Shown here: positions 8,852 through 18,408 of the stretch, piece by piece
Position numbering within the stretch: position 1 is the stretch's first letter
Layout of the letters: every line of letters begins with the position of its first letter
Virus record (IMG/VR): IMGVR_UViG_3300001798_000005
DNA length: 64,000 bases
DNA from: a virus
Lineage: Duplodnaviria; Heunggongvirae; Uroviricota; Caudoviricetes
Strand: one strand, 5' to 3'
Translations under genes and position numbers: made by a program
The notes under the pieces: generated by a model
What the model was told of the DNA's origin: nothing
The model's input: the letters and a program-made list of their open reading frames with translations, nothing else
Databases searched by the model: none

Positions 8852-9310
8852 ATGGATAGACAGGACTTCAATGCCCTCTTGGCTGAGATCCTTCATGAAA
8901 GTAAGCGTTACGTCGATTGCCGCTCTCGTGGGCTCCTGAACCTCCGGCAAATCGGTCAAGGTGGCGATATTACTCTAGAGGATGGGATCCTAACCCTTGT
9001 GATTTGTGTTCTTGAGCTCCAGGTTGGCCACGGCGGGACGGCTGAAGCCATCCAGGTCCTGGAGGAGTTGACCTCAGAGGGCCGCACCCTGATGGATGCC
9101 CTCAATAGGGCGCTCCACAGTCCTGACCCACAGGATTGGGAACAGACCAAGCTGATCCTGGACCTCAATTTGCGCTTTGCGGATCTGTTCCTCTGTGAGG
9201 AGGGCTGTCCCCCGAGGCGGTATCACTTCGGCGAGGGTGTCCCGGAAAAGTCCAGACGAGCCCATTTGGCGGGATCGATCTTCCGCAAGCTCAGAAGGGC
9301 TTTCTCATGA
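8852..9310 (+). CDS. hypothetical protein (152 aa)
   Basis: ORF; no SD, starts directly after terminator T-run. Confidence 0.35.
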   Translation: MDRQDFNALLAEILHESKRYVDCRSRGLLNLRQIGQGGDITLEDGILTLVICVLELQVGHGGTAEAIQVLEELTSEGRTLMDALNRALHSPDPQDWEQTKLILDLNLRFADLFLCEEGCPPRRYHFGEGVPEKSRRAHLAGSIFRKLRRAFS

Positions 9311-10152
9311 CCGCCATTCCGTTGCCGCCGCATGACATTCGGGAAAAGATCTTTGATGCCTGGAAGGCCCGTGAGGCCTCGGCCCGATCAGATCCTCGGG
9401 TCCACCTGGGGGCAAGTGAGATCGGAAAGCCCTGCCTGAGGGCGGCCTGGTACACTTTCCGATGGGCTGATGCGGAAGAGTTTGACGGGCGGCTATTGAG
9501 GCTCTTCCGAACCGGTGAGCTGGAGGAGGACCGCTTGGCTGATGATCTGATGATGATCGGTTGTGAAGTCGTCCAGCTCGATGTCAGAACCGGTAAACAG
9601 TTTCGGGTCTGGCACCCCTGGGGGCATTTTGGGGGAAGCTTGGATGCGGCAATCCACCACGTCCCCGATGGCGGGGACAAGTGGCACGTTGGCGAATTCA
9701 AGACCCATAATGCAAAATCTTTTGCTAAATTACAGAAGCTTGGCGTGAAGGCCGCCAAGTGGGAGCATTTTTGCCAAATGGTGATCTATATGGGCTTCAC
9801 TGGGATGGATCGCGCCCTCTATGGAGCAAAGAACAAGGACAACGATGATCTTTATTTTGAGCGCGTCAGATTTGACGAGACGCTTTTTGCGGATCTTTGC
9901 CGCAAGGCCATGTCGGTCATCAGATCCCCAGAACCCCTGGGGCGAGTCTCTGAGGATCCAGAATCCGATGAATGCCGTTATTGCCCCTTCCGGGCGGTTT
10001 GCCATTTCGGGAAGCCGATCAAGAAGTCATGTCGGACCTGCCGACACGCAACTCCCGAGGAGGGGACGACTTGGAGATGTGGATTTCATCAGCGCGGGAT
10101 AGCGGTCCCGGAGCAAGCAGTAGGCTGTAGTGAGTGGTGGGAGATCAAATGA
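9307..10152 (+). CDS. Cas4-like PD-(D/E)XK exonuclease with C-terminal Cys cluster
   Basis: D..EFK motif (LDAAIHH...VGEFKTH) and Cys cluster DECRYCPFRAVCH...CRTCRH. Confidence 0.6.
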   Translation: MTAIPLPPHDIREKIFDAWKAREASARSDPRVHLGASEIGKPCLRAAWYTFRWADAEEFDGRLLRLFRTGELEEDRLADDLMMIGCEVVQLDVRTGKQFRVWHPWGHFGGSLDAAIHHVPDGGDKWHVGEFKTHNAKSFAKLQKLGVKAAKWEHFCQMVIYMGFTGMDRALYGAKNKDNDDLYFERVRFDETLFADLCRKAMSVIRSPEPLGRVSEDPESDECRYCPFRAVCHFGKPIKKSCRTCRHATPEEGTTWRCGFHQRGIAVPEQAVGCSEWWEIK

Positions 10153-10766
10153 GAGAGAAAGTCAACAAAGGCAAATATGTCATTCTGCTAGGTGGGAAAA
10201 TGTATTCCGGCAAGAGCACCGCTGCGGCGGGGATCGCTCAGGGGAGTGAGTTCCGGTGGGCCATCACACCTTTGGCGGGGTGGATCAAGAAACTCATCAA
10301 TCTCTATCATGGCGTGACGCCCGAGGAGGCGCTTTTGAGGAAAGAGGAAATCCGTCCCGATTATCAAAAATTTGGAACTGAGGTAGTCCGGGACGGCTTT
10401 GCGACTGATTTTTGGGTTCGGACCTGCATGAACCAAAACGGCAAGCTGAAAATCATTGATGATTGCCGATATGGGGACGAGATGGCGACCATTAGGGAAA
10501 TGTCGGCAAAACTGATCACGATCTGGATTGATGCTGATGATTCAGTCCGACAACGGCGCTGTGAGGCGCAGGGGAGGCAATGGATGCCTGAGAGCTCCAG
10601 CCATGCGAGTGAGAAAGGTTTTACCGGGGAAGAGGACTTTTGGGATTATCGGCTTGAAAACAACCTAGATAGCGTCTTTCCCCTCCTTCAGGTCCTTGAT
10701 CCGATCATTGATCTCATTGATCGGGACGTAGACGATCTGAATATCCGAAAGTCGGCCTTCCGATGA
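10149..10766 (+). CDS. deoxynucleoside monophosphate kinase-like P-loop kinase (T4 gp1-like)
   Basis: P-loop GGKMYSGKST and PLAGWIKK resembling the gp1 LAGPIK motif; ATGA overlap with the upstream gene. Confidence 0.45.
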   Translation: MREKVNKGKYVILLGGKMYSGKSTAAAGIAQGSEFRWAITPLAGWIKKLINLYHGVTPEEALLRKEEIRPDYQKFGTEVVRDGFATDFWVRTCMNQNGKLKIIDDCRYGDEMATIREMSAKLITIWIDADDSVRQRRCEAQGRQWMPESSSHASEKGFTGEEDFWDYRLENNLDSVFPLLQVLDPIIDLIDRDVDDLNIRKSAFR

Positions 10767-10966
10767 GCTATTGGGAAGACAAGAAGTATCACGTTGAGCT
10801 TGAGCTGGCCTGCTTGAACCTGGAGCGGCTAAATGCCGCATATGAGCTTAATCGGCTCACTGGGCTGATGGCATCCCTTCATGCGGAGCTTAACCGCATT
10901 AATCTCCGCTTGACACAATCGTCCTGAATCTTGCATAATAATTTTATGCAGTTCAGGAGAACAACC

Positions 10967-11173
10967 GTGGAAATTGTATTTTTAATGGTGGGATTAGTTA
11001 TCGGCGCGATGGCGGTCGGCGTCGTGGCTGGATCGATGATCGATGAAGTCAATTCTGATAAAGAATACCTTCTTGATCTCCTCCAGCAGTACAATGGCGG
11101 CCAGGAGATCCCCCACCGGGATCAGTGGGCCTGGAAGGCTTTTCGAGAAGCCAGAAAGGAATTTAAGGCATGA
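10967..11173 (+). CDS. small membrane protein (about 68 aa)
   Basis: AGGAG-N7-GTG; TM segment VFLMVGLVIGAMAVGVVAG. Confidence 0.4.
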   Translation: MEIVFLMVGLVIGAMAVGVVAGSMIDEVNSDKEYLLDLLQQYNGGQEIPHRDQWAWKAFREARKEFKA

Positions 11174-12525
11174 TGGCGTTCAAGTATGACGAATGGTTGG
11201 AGGACGAAAAATCCAACTATACAGAGTTGCCGGATGATTTTGCCATGCCGGATCTAATTACAGATTTCGAGTCCCTTTCTGAATCCCAGCAGGCCGCCAT
11301 TGAGGCGATTGATCACGGTCACAATATGCTGATCACCGGCCCGGCTGGCTCGGGGAAATCTTATCTAATCGAATATCTGAAAAGGCACCATCGGGCAACC
11401 GTGACGGCCTCCACAGGATTGGCGGCCCTCAACGTGGGCGGGACCACGATCCACAAATGGGCCGGAATCGGGATTGCCGAAGGGGATCCTGAAGAGATTG
11501 CGGAGAAGATCCAAAACGCCGGTTGGTCAAAAGATATCAAGCGCCGCATTTCGGATGCCAGACTGTTGATCATTGATGAGATCTCAATGATCAGTGATAA
11601 AGTTCTGACCTGCCTGGATGTGGTCTTTCGGCGTATCCGGTTTTCTGATGAGCCCTTTGGAGGGATTCAGATGCTTTGCTTTGGGGACTTCTTTCAGCTC
11701 CCCCCGGTCAGTCGAGCCGGTGAGACCTTTTGCTTCAAAAGCCCAACCTGGGAAAGGTCTGGTTTTAAATATTGTGAATTGACAAAAGTTTTCCGGCAGG
11801 CAGATGGCCCTTTCTCCTCGGCCCTCCAGCGGATCCGGCGGGGAATCTGTAGTCCTGCCGATGCGGCGATTCTGAGATCCCGCGATGGCCTGATACCAGA
11901 GGGTCTCAAGCCTGTCTATCTCTTCCCCACCAACGCACAAGTGGACGAGATGAACATGCGGGAAATGCTCAAGATTCCCGGTCCGACGAGGGTTTACCAC
12001 CCCAGTGATGTCCTGAACGCCAAATCACCCGCCCAGGAGAAATTGTTTCTCGATCAACTCAACCGGGACTGTCTGGCCAGCAATCCACTGATCCTCAAGG
12101 AGGGCGCTCAGGTGATGTTGCTGAAAAATCTTACCCCATCATTGGTCAATGGCTCCATGGGGATCGTAATCGAGATGGCCGAAAGCTCTGTCAAGGTTCA
12201 ATTTACCGATCAGGAGATCTGGATTGAGCCCAAAGAATGGACCCTCCAAGAGGGCAATACCCTTCAGGCCACCCGGAAGCATATCCCCCTGAGACTCGCC
12301 TGGGGGTTGAGTATCCATAAATCACAAGGCCAAAGTCTGGATCGGGTTTACTTGGACTTGACGAAGATTTTTGAAAAAGGACAGGCCTATGTGGGGCTTT
12401 CGAGATGCAGATCCCTGGAGGGGCTGTTCCTGAATGGCTTTCATGAATCCGCCATCCAGGCCCACCCGGACGCAATAGAGTTTTATCAACAACAGGAGAT
12501 GCAAAATGAAACACATCATGCTTGA
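11170..12525 (+). CDS. Pif1/RecD-like SF1 DNA helicase
   Basis: Walker A LITGPAGSGKSYLI, Walker B LLIIDEISMI, FGDFFQLPPV. Confidence 0.7.
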   Translation: MMAFKYDEWLEDEKSNYTELPDDFAMPDLITDFESLSESQQAAIEAIDHGHNMLITGPAGSGKSYLIEYLKRHHRATVTASTGLAALNVGGTTIHKWAGIGIAEGDPEEIAEKIQNAGWSKDIKRRISDARLLIIDEISMISDKVLTCLDVVFRRIRFSDEPFGGIQMLCFGDFFQLPPVSRAGETFCFKSPTWERSGFKYCELTKVFRQADGPFSSALQRIRRGICSPADAAILRSRDGLIPEGLKPVYLFPTNAQVDEMNMREMLKIPGPTRVYHPSDVLNAKSPAQEKLFLDQLNRDCLASNPLILKEGAQVMLLKNLTPSLVNGSMGIVIEMAESSVKVQFTDQEIWIEPKEWTLQEGNTLQATRKHIPLRLAWGLSIHKSQGQSLDRVYLDLTKIFEKGQAYVGLSRCRSLEGLFLNGFHESAIQAHPDAIEFYQQQEMQNETHHA

Positions 12526-13063
12526 TCTCGAAACCCTCAGCGCCCAAACCGATGCCGCGATCGTCTCCATTGGGGCGGTGAAGTTTAGCCCCAATGGAGC
12601 AGACGATGAGGCCACCATGCGGGACCAGGATCGGTGTCTGGACATCAGGATCGATCTTGACTCAGCCATGGCGCATGGCCACGTCAGCGGATCCACGCTC
12701 CAGTGGTGGTTTAAACAGGACGCCATGGCGATTCACAAAACCTTTTCAGATCCCAATAACAAACCCATGAGTCTTCGAGACGCCATGGATGCCTTCTATG
12801 ACTTCAGCCAGGGCTGTGTCTACCTGTGGGGCAATGGGGCGAATTTTGACAATCCCATTATCCGCAATGCTTGGAGTAAGGTCTCCCAGGCGGATTTTCC
12901 GATTGCGTATAACAAGGATCTGTGTTACCGGACCGTGAAGGAGCTGGTGCCGGTAGGCAAGATGCCGATGATCCCTAAATGTGGCACGGCCCACAATGCA
13001 CTTGACGATGCCATCTATCAAGCCCGGCACCTTCAGGCCATGTATGGGGTGATGGAGTGGTGA
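12506..13063 (+). CDS. DnaQ-like DEDDh 3-prime-5-prime exonuclease
   Basis: MLDLETLS (Exo I), C-terminal H..DDA motif. Confidence 0.6.
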   Translation: MKHIMLDLETLSAQTDAAIVSIGAVKFSPNGADDEATMRDQDRCLDIRIDLDSAMAHGHVSGSTLQWWFKQDAMAIHKTFSDPNNKPMSLRDAMDAFYDFSQGCVYLWGNGANFDNPIIRNAWSKVSQADFPIAYNKDLCYRTVKELVPVGKMPMIPKCGTAHNALDDAIYQARHLQAMYGVMEW

Positions 13064-14844
13064 TCCTCCGCCCCTACCAACAGGCTGCCATCTCGGCCCT
13101 TTATAGCTATTTTGCCGCCCATGACGGCAATCCCTTGATCGTTATGCCGACAGCTTCCGGGAAGTCCCCCACGATGGGGATGTTCATCAAGGAGGTCATT
13201 CAGTCTTACGATAATCAAAAGATCCTCATGGTCACACATGTTCAAGAACTCATTGAGCAGAATGCGGCGGAGCTTCAAGGGATCTGGCCCCAGGTCCCCC
13301 TGGGGATCTATAGCGCTGGTCTGAATCGGCGGGATACCATATTCCCCATCACGATGGCGGGCATTCAGTCGGTTTACCGGCATGCTGAAAAATTTGGATT
13401 TGTCCACTTGATGCTCATCGATGAGGCTCACCTGCTCAGCAATGAAGATTCATCCATGTATCGAATTTTCATTACTGAATTAAAAAAATACAATCCAAAC
13501 CTGAAGGTCATTGGCTTCACCGCCACCCCGTATCGGACCAAGGGCGGCCCCCTGACGGCTGGCGAGAAGGCGTTATTTACAGATGTCGCGTATGAGGTGG
13601 AGATCTCTGATCTGATCCGACAGGGCTATATCTGCCCCCTGGTGAGTAAATCATCAGCCGTTCAGGCTGATTTATCCAATGTCCATAAAAGAGGCGGTGA
13701 ATTCATCGCCAAAGAAGTCGAAGAGGCCTTTAATGTCTTGGACCTCACGGAAAGAGCCCTGGATGTGGTGCTTGACCTCGGACGGGGCCGCCGGGCTGGC
13801 TTGGTGTTCTGCTCTGGTGTCGCCCACGCTCAGGACGTGGCCGAACGGATTCGCCAACGCGGGAAGACCTGTGAGACTGTCACGAGCGACACCCCGAAGG
13901 AAGAGCGAGCCAGAATACTTGAAGACTTCAAGGCGGGGAAATTAGACTTTGTAACCAATGTCGGCGTACTCACCACCGGGTTCAACGCTCCGAATTGCGA
14001 TCTTCTGGTCCTCCTGAGGGCCACCAACTCTCCAGGACTTTTCTGTCAAATGCTCGGAAGAGGCTTCCGCCCCAACGGCAACGGCATGGCGGAGTCAATC
14101 CAGAACGGCAAGACTGATTGTCTGGTGTTGGACTTTGGCGGGAACCTTATGCGCTTCGGGCCGGTCAATATGCTGGACCCGAAGGAACCCCGAGTCATCC
14201 CCGGGAAAGAATGCCCTGAGTGTGGTGAGGTTTGTGCCGGCTTGGCACTGTACTGTCGGGCCTGCATGTACCGCTGGGGGGAGATGCCGACTAAGACATG
14301 CCACAAGTGCGGTCAAGAGTGCCATGCTGCAGCCCGGATGTGCAAAAACGAGACAGAAGCCGGGATCTGCAATACTGAATTTCCAAAGTCAACCATGCAT
14401 GATGTCTATGCCGCCGATGGGACCATTGTGGCAATGCTCCCCAGTGAGGCCGGGGAAGACTATCCGGTGAGTCACCTGGAGGTGATCGAGCATCGAAAAT
14501 CCAATACCGCCACCCCGTCCCTGAAGGTGACCTATTATTCCGGGACCGACATGCAAAAATTCTCCGAATGGGTCTGTTTTGAGCATCAGGGATTCCCGCG
14601 CCGCAAGGCAGCCCAGTGGTGGGCCGCCAGGACTGAACTCGGTTCCCCGACTCCCCAGAGTGTTGCGGAAGCCCTGGGGAGAATGGAGGAATGCTTCCAT
14701 CCTCAAGTGATCCGGGTCAAGCGGGAAGGTAAATATTTCCGCATCGATCAGGCTCGGGACTTTATTGACCGCCCTTTTGATGTCCTGATCAAACGGCTCG
14801 ATCCCCCCGAGGGGCGTCCCTACGCGGACCAGGTTCCATTCTGA
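13057..14844 (+). CDS. SF2 DEAD/DEAH-type helicase with C-terminal Cys-rich zinc-ribbon region
   Basis: PTASGKS (motif I), LIDEAH (motif II), FTATP (motif III); multiple CxxC pairs at 14200..14350. Confidence 0.65.
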   Translation: MVILRPYQQAAISALYSYFAAHDGNPLIVMPTASGKSPTMGMFIKEVIQSYDNQKILMVTHVQELIEQNAAELQGIWPQVPLGIYSAGLNRRDTIFPITMAGIQSVYRHAEKFGFVHLMLIDEAHLLSNEDSSMYRIFITELKKYNPNLKVIGFTATPYRTKGGPLTAGEKALFTDVAYEVEISDLIRQGYICPLVSKSSAVQADLSNVHKRGGEFIAKEVEEAFNVLDLTERALDVVLDLGRGRRAGLVFCSGVAHAQDVAERIRQRGKTCETVTSDTPKEERARILEDFKAGKLDFVTNVGVLTTGFNAPNCDLLVLLRATNSPGLFCQMLGRGFRPNGNGMAESIQNGKTDCLVLDFGGNLMRFGPVNMLDPKEPRVIPGKECPECGEVCAGLALYCRACMYRWGEMPTKTCHKCGQECHAAARMCKNETEAGICNTEFPKSTMHDVYAADGTIVAMLPSEAGEDYPVSHLEVIEHRKSNTATPSLKVTYYSGTDMQKFSEWVCFEHQGFPRRKAAQWWAARTELGSPTPQSVAEALGRMEECFHPQVIRVKREGKYFRIDQARDFIDRPFDVLIKRLDPPEGRPYADQVPF

Positions 14845-15312
14845 AAAAGGGATGAGACTTACGTTGGAGGACGTCGCCGGGGAAAGCGCGGAAGGGGAGC
14901 GGAAGGTAAAACCCCGGTAATCGGCATTGTGGAACGTGGTGGGGAAGTCAAAGCCATTGTGTCCACCGATACTAAAGCCGCAACTATACTACCGTTTATC
15001 TGCGAAAACGTAGAGCCCGGTTCTCAGATGATGACGGACGAGTACGCATCCTATAGCAGGATCTCATTGAACGGTTTCACTCACCAGCGCGTGAACCACG
15101 GTGTTGGTGAGTACGTGGCGGGCATCGTCCACACAAACACAATCGAAGGATTCTGGAGCCAGTTAAAGCGCTCCATAAACGGGACTTATCACTCGGTTAG
15201 TCCGCGTTATCTTCAGTCGTATGTGAATGAGTTTGCGTATCGTTATAATCGTCGCCACGTCCAGGAGCATCCTTTTCACGCTTTGACTTCAACGGCTGCG
15301 CGGCTCGTGTAA
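14845..15312 (+). mobile_element. IS1595-family (ISXO2-like) transposase DDE-domain fragment, in frame after the helicase TGA; lacks start codon and N-terminal Zn-ribbon (pseudogene/remnant)
   Basis: KRDETYVGGRRRGKRGRGAEGKTPVIGIVERGG ... VSTDTKAA ... HTNTIEGFWSQLKRSINGTYHSVS..YLQSYVNEFAYRYNRR. Confidence 0.7.
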
Positions 15313-15345
15313 GGATACGATCAAACTCTTCTTCAGTGATCGACA

Positions 15346-16119
15346 TCACACCTCCAACTTATTTATTTGAGTTGCTTCTAAAATGCTAATGATTTTTTCG
15401 CCCAAAGGGGAATTGCGATAGACAGGAGTTGCATAAATCTTTACGGGTAAATTATTCCTAACTTCCTCCTCAAGAAAAGCATTGTCTTGAATCGCGCACT
15501 TATATGACTTAGAAGCACCGTCCAATTCTACAAAAAATCGGCAAGTCCTCTTTTCCCAATCAATACTCCGAAGCTCTCCGGTCAATTCTTGAGGTTCTCC
15601 GCGCTCTGTTTGAGGCTCTGGAGTCGATATAGGCTCAGCCTCAATAAGTTTAGGCTTAACCTCTTCACTTGAAATTGAATATATAGGTTCTGGGTTTTCA
15701 TCTTCAAAGGCTTCAGCGCTCTTTATAAAACCGGCAAGAAATGGGGCGGCAAGTCTATCAGTCACACGTTTAGGCAGACGACTTTTACGTGTCGTTGTGG
15801 TAGTTGTAGTTTCCGTCTGTTCAAATGTATCCATTCCGTTCAGCCGATCATTCACTTCTGTTGCCATTTTTGTCAGGTAACTTTGAGTTAATGGAAGTAC
15901 CGTTTGCAAACCTTGAACTAAAAAATCGAATTCCCACGAACCGTGGTAGACATCAATGAGTCGCAATTCAGGAATTGAACCATTTTTCTGCTCTTCCCTT
16001 ATAATTATCCCTAGTGTTTCTTGATGCGCCATAAAGAAGTCGCGCAACATATCTATAGAGATGCCATCATTTCCCTCGGGCTCAAGACGTATCTTTAGTT
16101 TGACAGATTCCACACTCAT
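15346..16119 (-). CDS. hypothetical two-domain protein (257 aa) in AT-rich passenger region
   Basis: ORF with poly-Thr linker; lower GC than flanks; TTGACA-type promoter candidate at about 16174. Confidence 0.45.
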   Translation of the reverse strand: MSVESVKLKIRLEPEGNDGISIDMLRDFFMAHQETLGIIIREEQKNGSIPELRLIDVYHGSWEFDFLVQGLQTVLPLTQSYLTKMATEVNDRLNGMDTFEQTETTTTTTTRKSRLPKRVTDRLAAPFLAGFIKSAEAFEDENPEPIYSISSEEVKPKLIEAEPISTPEPQTERGEPQELTGELRSIDWEKRTCRFFVELDGASKSYKCAIQDNAFLEEEVRNNLPVKIYATPVYRNSPLGEKIISILEATQINKLEV

Positions 16120-16516
16120 TTTCCATGACCTGACTCAGTTACTACGAGCGTCATGGTATCACAAACACATACCTGTCAAGAGGGGATAGTTACCAATGAT
16201 CTAGTTAATAAAATCTGCTCCTGAGCCACATCAGGACCTCCCAGAGGGCGATCAGGCAAAGGCCAAAGCCCGCCATCCGCATTCCCAACAGGGCACCCTC
16301 AGGCAATTTTGTAATCCTGAATTGAGCCATTCACCAAGGCCCAATGATCGCCCTGATAGGCCTGGACGGCGTCCATCTGGGCGGCTTGGATCTGATGATT
16401 GATTTCCCGCTTGAGTTCGGGATTAAGTTTGAATTTTCTTTCAATGTTTGCCATATAGTTTTGAAACACTTCTCGATCCTCCTGTTAATTACATAATATC
16501 AGATCGATGTAGGGTG

Positions 16517-17125
16517 TCAATACTTTTTGCCATGCTTATGGGGCCGCCGGGCATTGTATTCAAGCTTTCTGCCGATTGTCTTCCCGATTGTGCGCTGGTC
16601 TGAGTCAGCATGCCCGGTTGAGGCCAGGCAGTCCAAAAGGCGAATAAAGACATCAGCTCCCTCGACCTCCCAGCCCTTGCGGTCCGGTAGGTGGGAATCC
16701 ATCAAGTCCTTTCGATCCGCTTCCAGCATTTCAGAAAGCTCACTATGGATCAGGGCAATCATACGAGCACGTCGCATGGGTTCAATGATGGGGTGGAGGC
16801 TTTCAACAAGCGCGTCCAGATAGGGGACTATGTTGATCGTGGGATCTGTAGCCTCAACCGCAATGGCCCACTTGTTAATAATGGAATTAATTTCTCCCCA
16901 AGTGTCAAAGCCCTTTGCCTTATTGGCGGCCTGGATCTCAATAGCCCATTGGTCAATGCCTTCAAAGACCTCATAGGCCTCCAGGGGATCAGTCAGGGAG
17001 GCCTCTACACCGGGAGCATTTTTCGGGAAATGCATTACTACTGGCATATCGGCCAGCTTTGAAGCAAAGAAATCACTCATGGCCTTGTTGGCCTCTGGTG
17101 ATTTGTCACAAAAGAGATCCATCAC
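16517..17125 (-). CDS. MazG-like all-alpha NTP pyrophosphohydrolase-like protein
   Basis: ALIHSELSEMLEADRK and EVEGADVFIRLLDCLA resemble MazG/HisE EExxE-type motifs (from memory). Confidence 0.35.
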   Translation of the reverse strand: MMDLFCDKSPEANKAMSDFFASKLADMPVVMHFPKNAPGVEASLTDPLEAYEVFEGIDQWAIEIQAANKAKGFDTWGEINSIINKWAIAVEATDPTINIVPYLDALVESLHPIIEPMRRARMIALIHSELSEMLEADRKDLMDSHLPDRKGWEVEGADVFIRLLDCLASTGHADSDQRTIGKTIGRKLEYNARRPHKHGKKY

Positions 17126-17273
17126 TTTCCTCCATTTTTACGCTGTCATGTTTTTCCCGAATTAATTCCCTCAGCAGGGCCGAGTATCGAATCTGCAATT
17201 TTTGCTCAAGCCATTCAAGCATTTGGACGGTTTCCCGATCGAGGGAATAGGTTTTGCGAATATGCTTAATCAT
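17106..17273 (-). CDS. ribbon-helix-helix (CopG/antitoxin-like) protein, 55 aa, overlapping the start of the MazG-like gene
   Basis: MIKHIRKTYSLDRETVQMLEWLEQKLQIRYSALLRELIRE; ATGATTAA overlap with upstream gene stop. Confidence 0.4.
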   Translation of the reverse strand: MIKHIRKTYSLDRETVQMLEWLEQKLQIRYSALLRELIREKHDSVKMEESDGSLL

Positions 17274-17547
17274 CGTCTTCCCTTGGGCAAAATTGCTCTT
17301 GAACGTCTCTGGGGTTAATGTCTGTTGGCCAATTCATGATTTGGCCAGTGTCGATATTGATATCAAAGATCAGGTAATCGCCAAAATGCTCCCCTGGGAA
17401 GAAGCTCGGCACATATTCATCATCGATGGACCCAATCAGCTCCCCCTGGGCGTCAAAGAGACTCCCGGAAAAACGATCTGAAATCTTGATGTGCATTTTG
17501 AGGATCTTTGCGTCCACTTTTATTTTTTTGTATTGTTCAATTTCCAT
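17266..17547 (-). CDS. hypothetical protein (93 aa)
   Basis: ORF only. Confidence 0.4.
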   Translation of the reverse strand: MEIEQYKKIKVDAKILKMHIKISDRFSGSLFDAQGELIGSIDDEYVPSFFPGEHFGDYLIFDINIDTGQIMNWPTDINPRDVQEQFCPREDDD

Positions 17548-17747
17548 CAGCGTCCCAGCTCTTTCAATGTGTTTTCAACTTGGTTGATCATCCCGGCCTT
17601 GGCACAATACAGAGCGGCTTCTTGTCCGATCTGAAGGGTGGCCCGAGTGGTGAAGAGAGCATTAGAGACCAATAAGACCAGCAGGACTGATGAAATTATT
17701 TTCCATTTCTTGATTTGCTTCTCCAGGGCGGTGAAAGTGGCTTCCAT
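17547..17747 (-). CDS. small membrane protein
   Basis: TM segment IISSVLLVLLVSNALF; large overlap with ligase 3-prime end lowers confidence. Confidence 0.25.
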   Translation of the reverse strand: MEATFTALEKQIKKWKIISSVLLVLLVSNALFTTRATLQIGQEAALYCAKAGMINQVENTLKELGR

Positions 17748-18408
17748 TAGGTTTCTCCTTTTCTGCAAAGTCACTACATTTCAGTTTTGTGATAATCCGA
17801 TTGCCTGATCGGGTCTTGAGTTCAACAACTGGGCGGGCCACGACGCCTTCAGCCCGGAAGGCCCCTCCATGGGTCCAGGTGGAATTGAATCCAACTTTGA
17901 CAAATTCAACCATTTCCAGCAGATTCCCTCGACCAACGATCGGAACGACCGAAAGGCCAAAAGTAGATGCTACATTTTCCAGATCAGGTCTTTTGAGCCA
18001 CCAATTGCCAACTTTGACGTCAAAGAGTACAAAGTCTTGATCGGGGCGATACAGTGCCCCAACTTTTTGGATCTTAGCCCCATAGCCCTCTCCGTAGAGG
18101 ACTGCGCCATTTGGAAAATCCTCATTGAGCTTTGCACTCTGATGGAAAAAGAGTTCTTCCAACCTGTTGATCAGGCTTGCTGGAATTTGAGCGTTAGCGG
18201 TCCGTCCCCCGAAGGATATCCTACCCCCATTGGCGATAGGGTCGACGATGATCCGAATATTGGTCCCATCGACTTTCTCGGTCCAGACCCAATCCATCAG
18301 CGCCAAATATTCAAAATATTCATTACTGTACTGCCCTTCCAGAAGGGCTTTTGATTTATTTTCAATATCCCGCTTGAAGACCGTGTTGATTTTGTGGTAT
18401 TCAGACAT
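17662..18408 (-). CDS. ATP-dependent RNA ligase-like nucleotidyltransferase (Rnl2-like)
   Basis: Motif I KVDGTN (KxDG), EGYG, FDVK, EGVVARP-like motifs; 248 aa. Confidence 0.55.
   Translation of the reverse strand: MSEYHKINTVFKRDIENKSKALLEGQYSNEYFEYLALMDWVWTEKVDGTNIRIIVDPIANGGRISFGGRTANAQIPASLINRLEELFFHQSAKLNEDFPNGAVLYGEGYGAKIQKVGALYRPDQDFVLFDVKVGNWWLKRPDLENVASTFGLSVVPIVGRGNLLEMVEFVKVGFNSTWTHGGAFRAEGVVARPVVELKTRSGNRIITKLKCSDFAEKEKPNGSHFHRPGEANQEMENNFISPAGLIGL

Noticed and set aside
10149-10766. Thymidine kinase (GxMxSGKST-like P-loop)
   Set aside because: No C-terminal CxxC zinc ribbon typical of TK; PLAGWIKK fits the T4 gp1 dNMP-kinase LAGPIK motif better
16299-16454. 51-aa minus-strand ORF in the passenger-cassette intergenic region
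   Set aside because: SD is about 24 nt from the ATG; no support beyond being open
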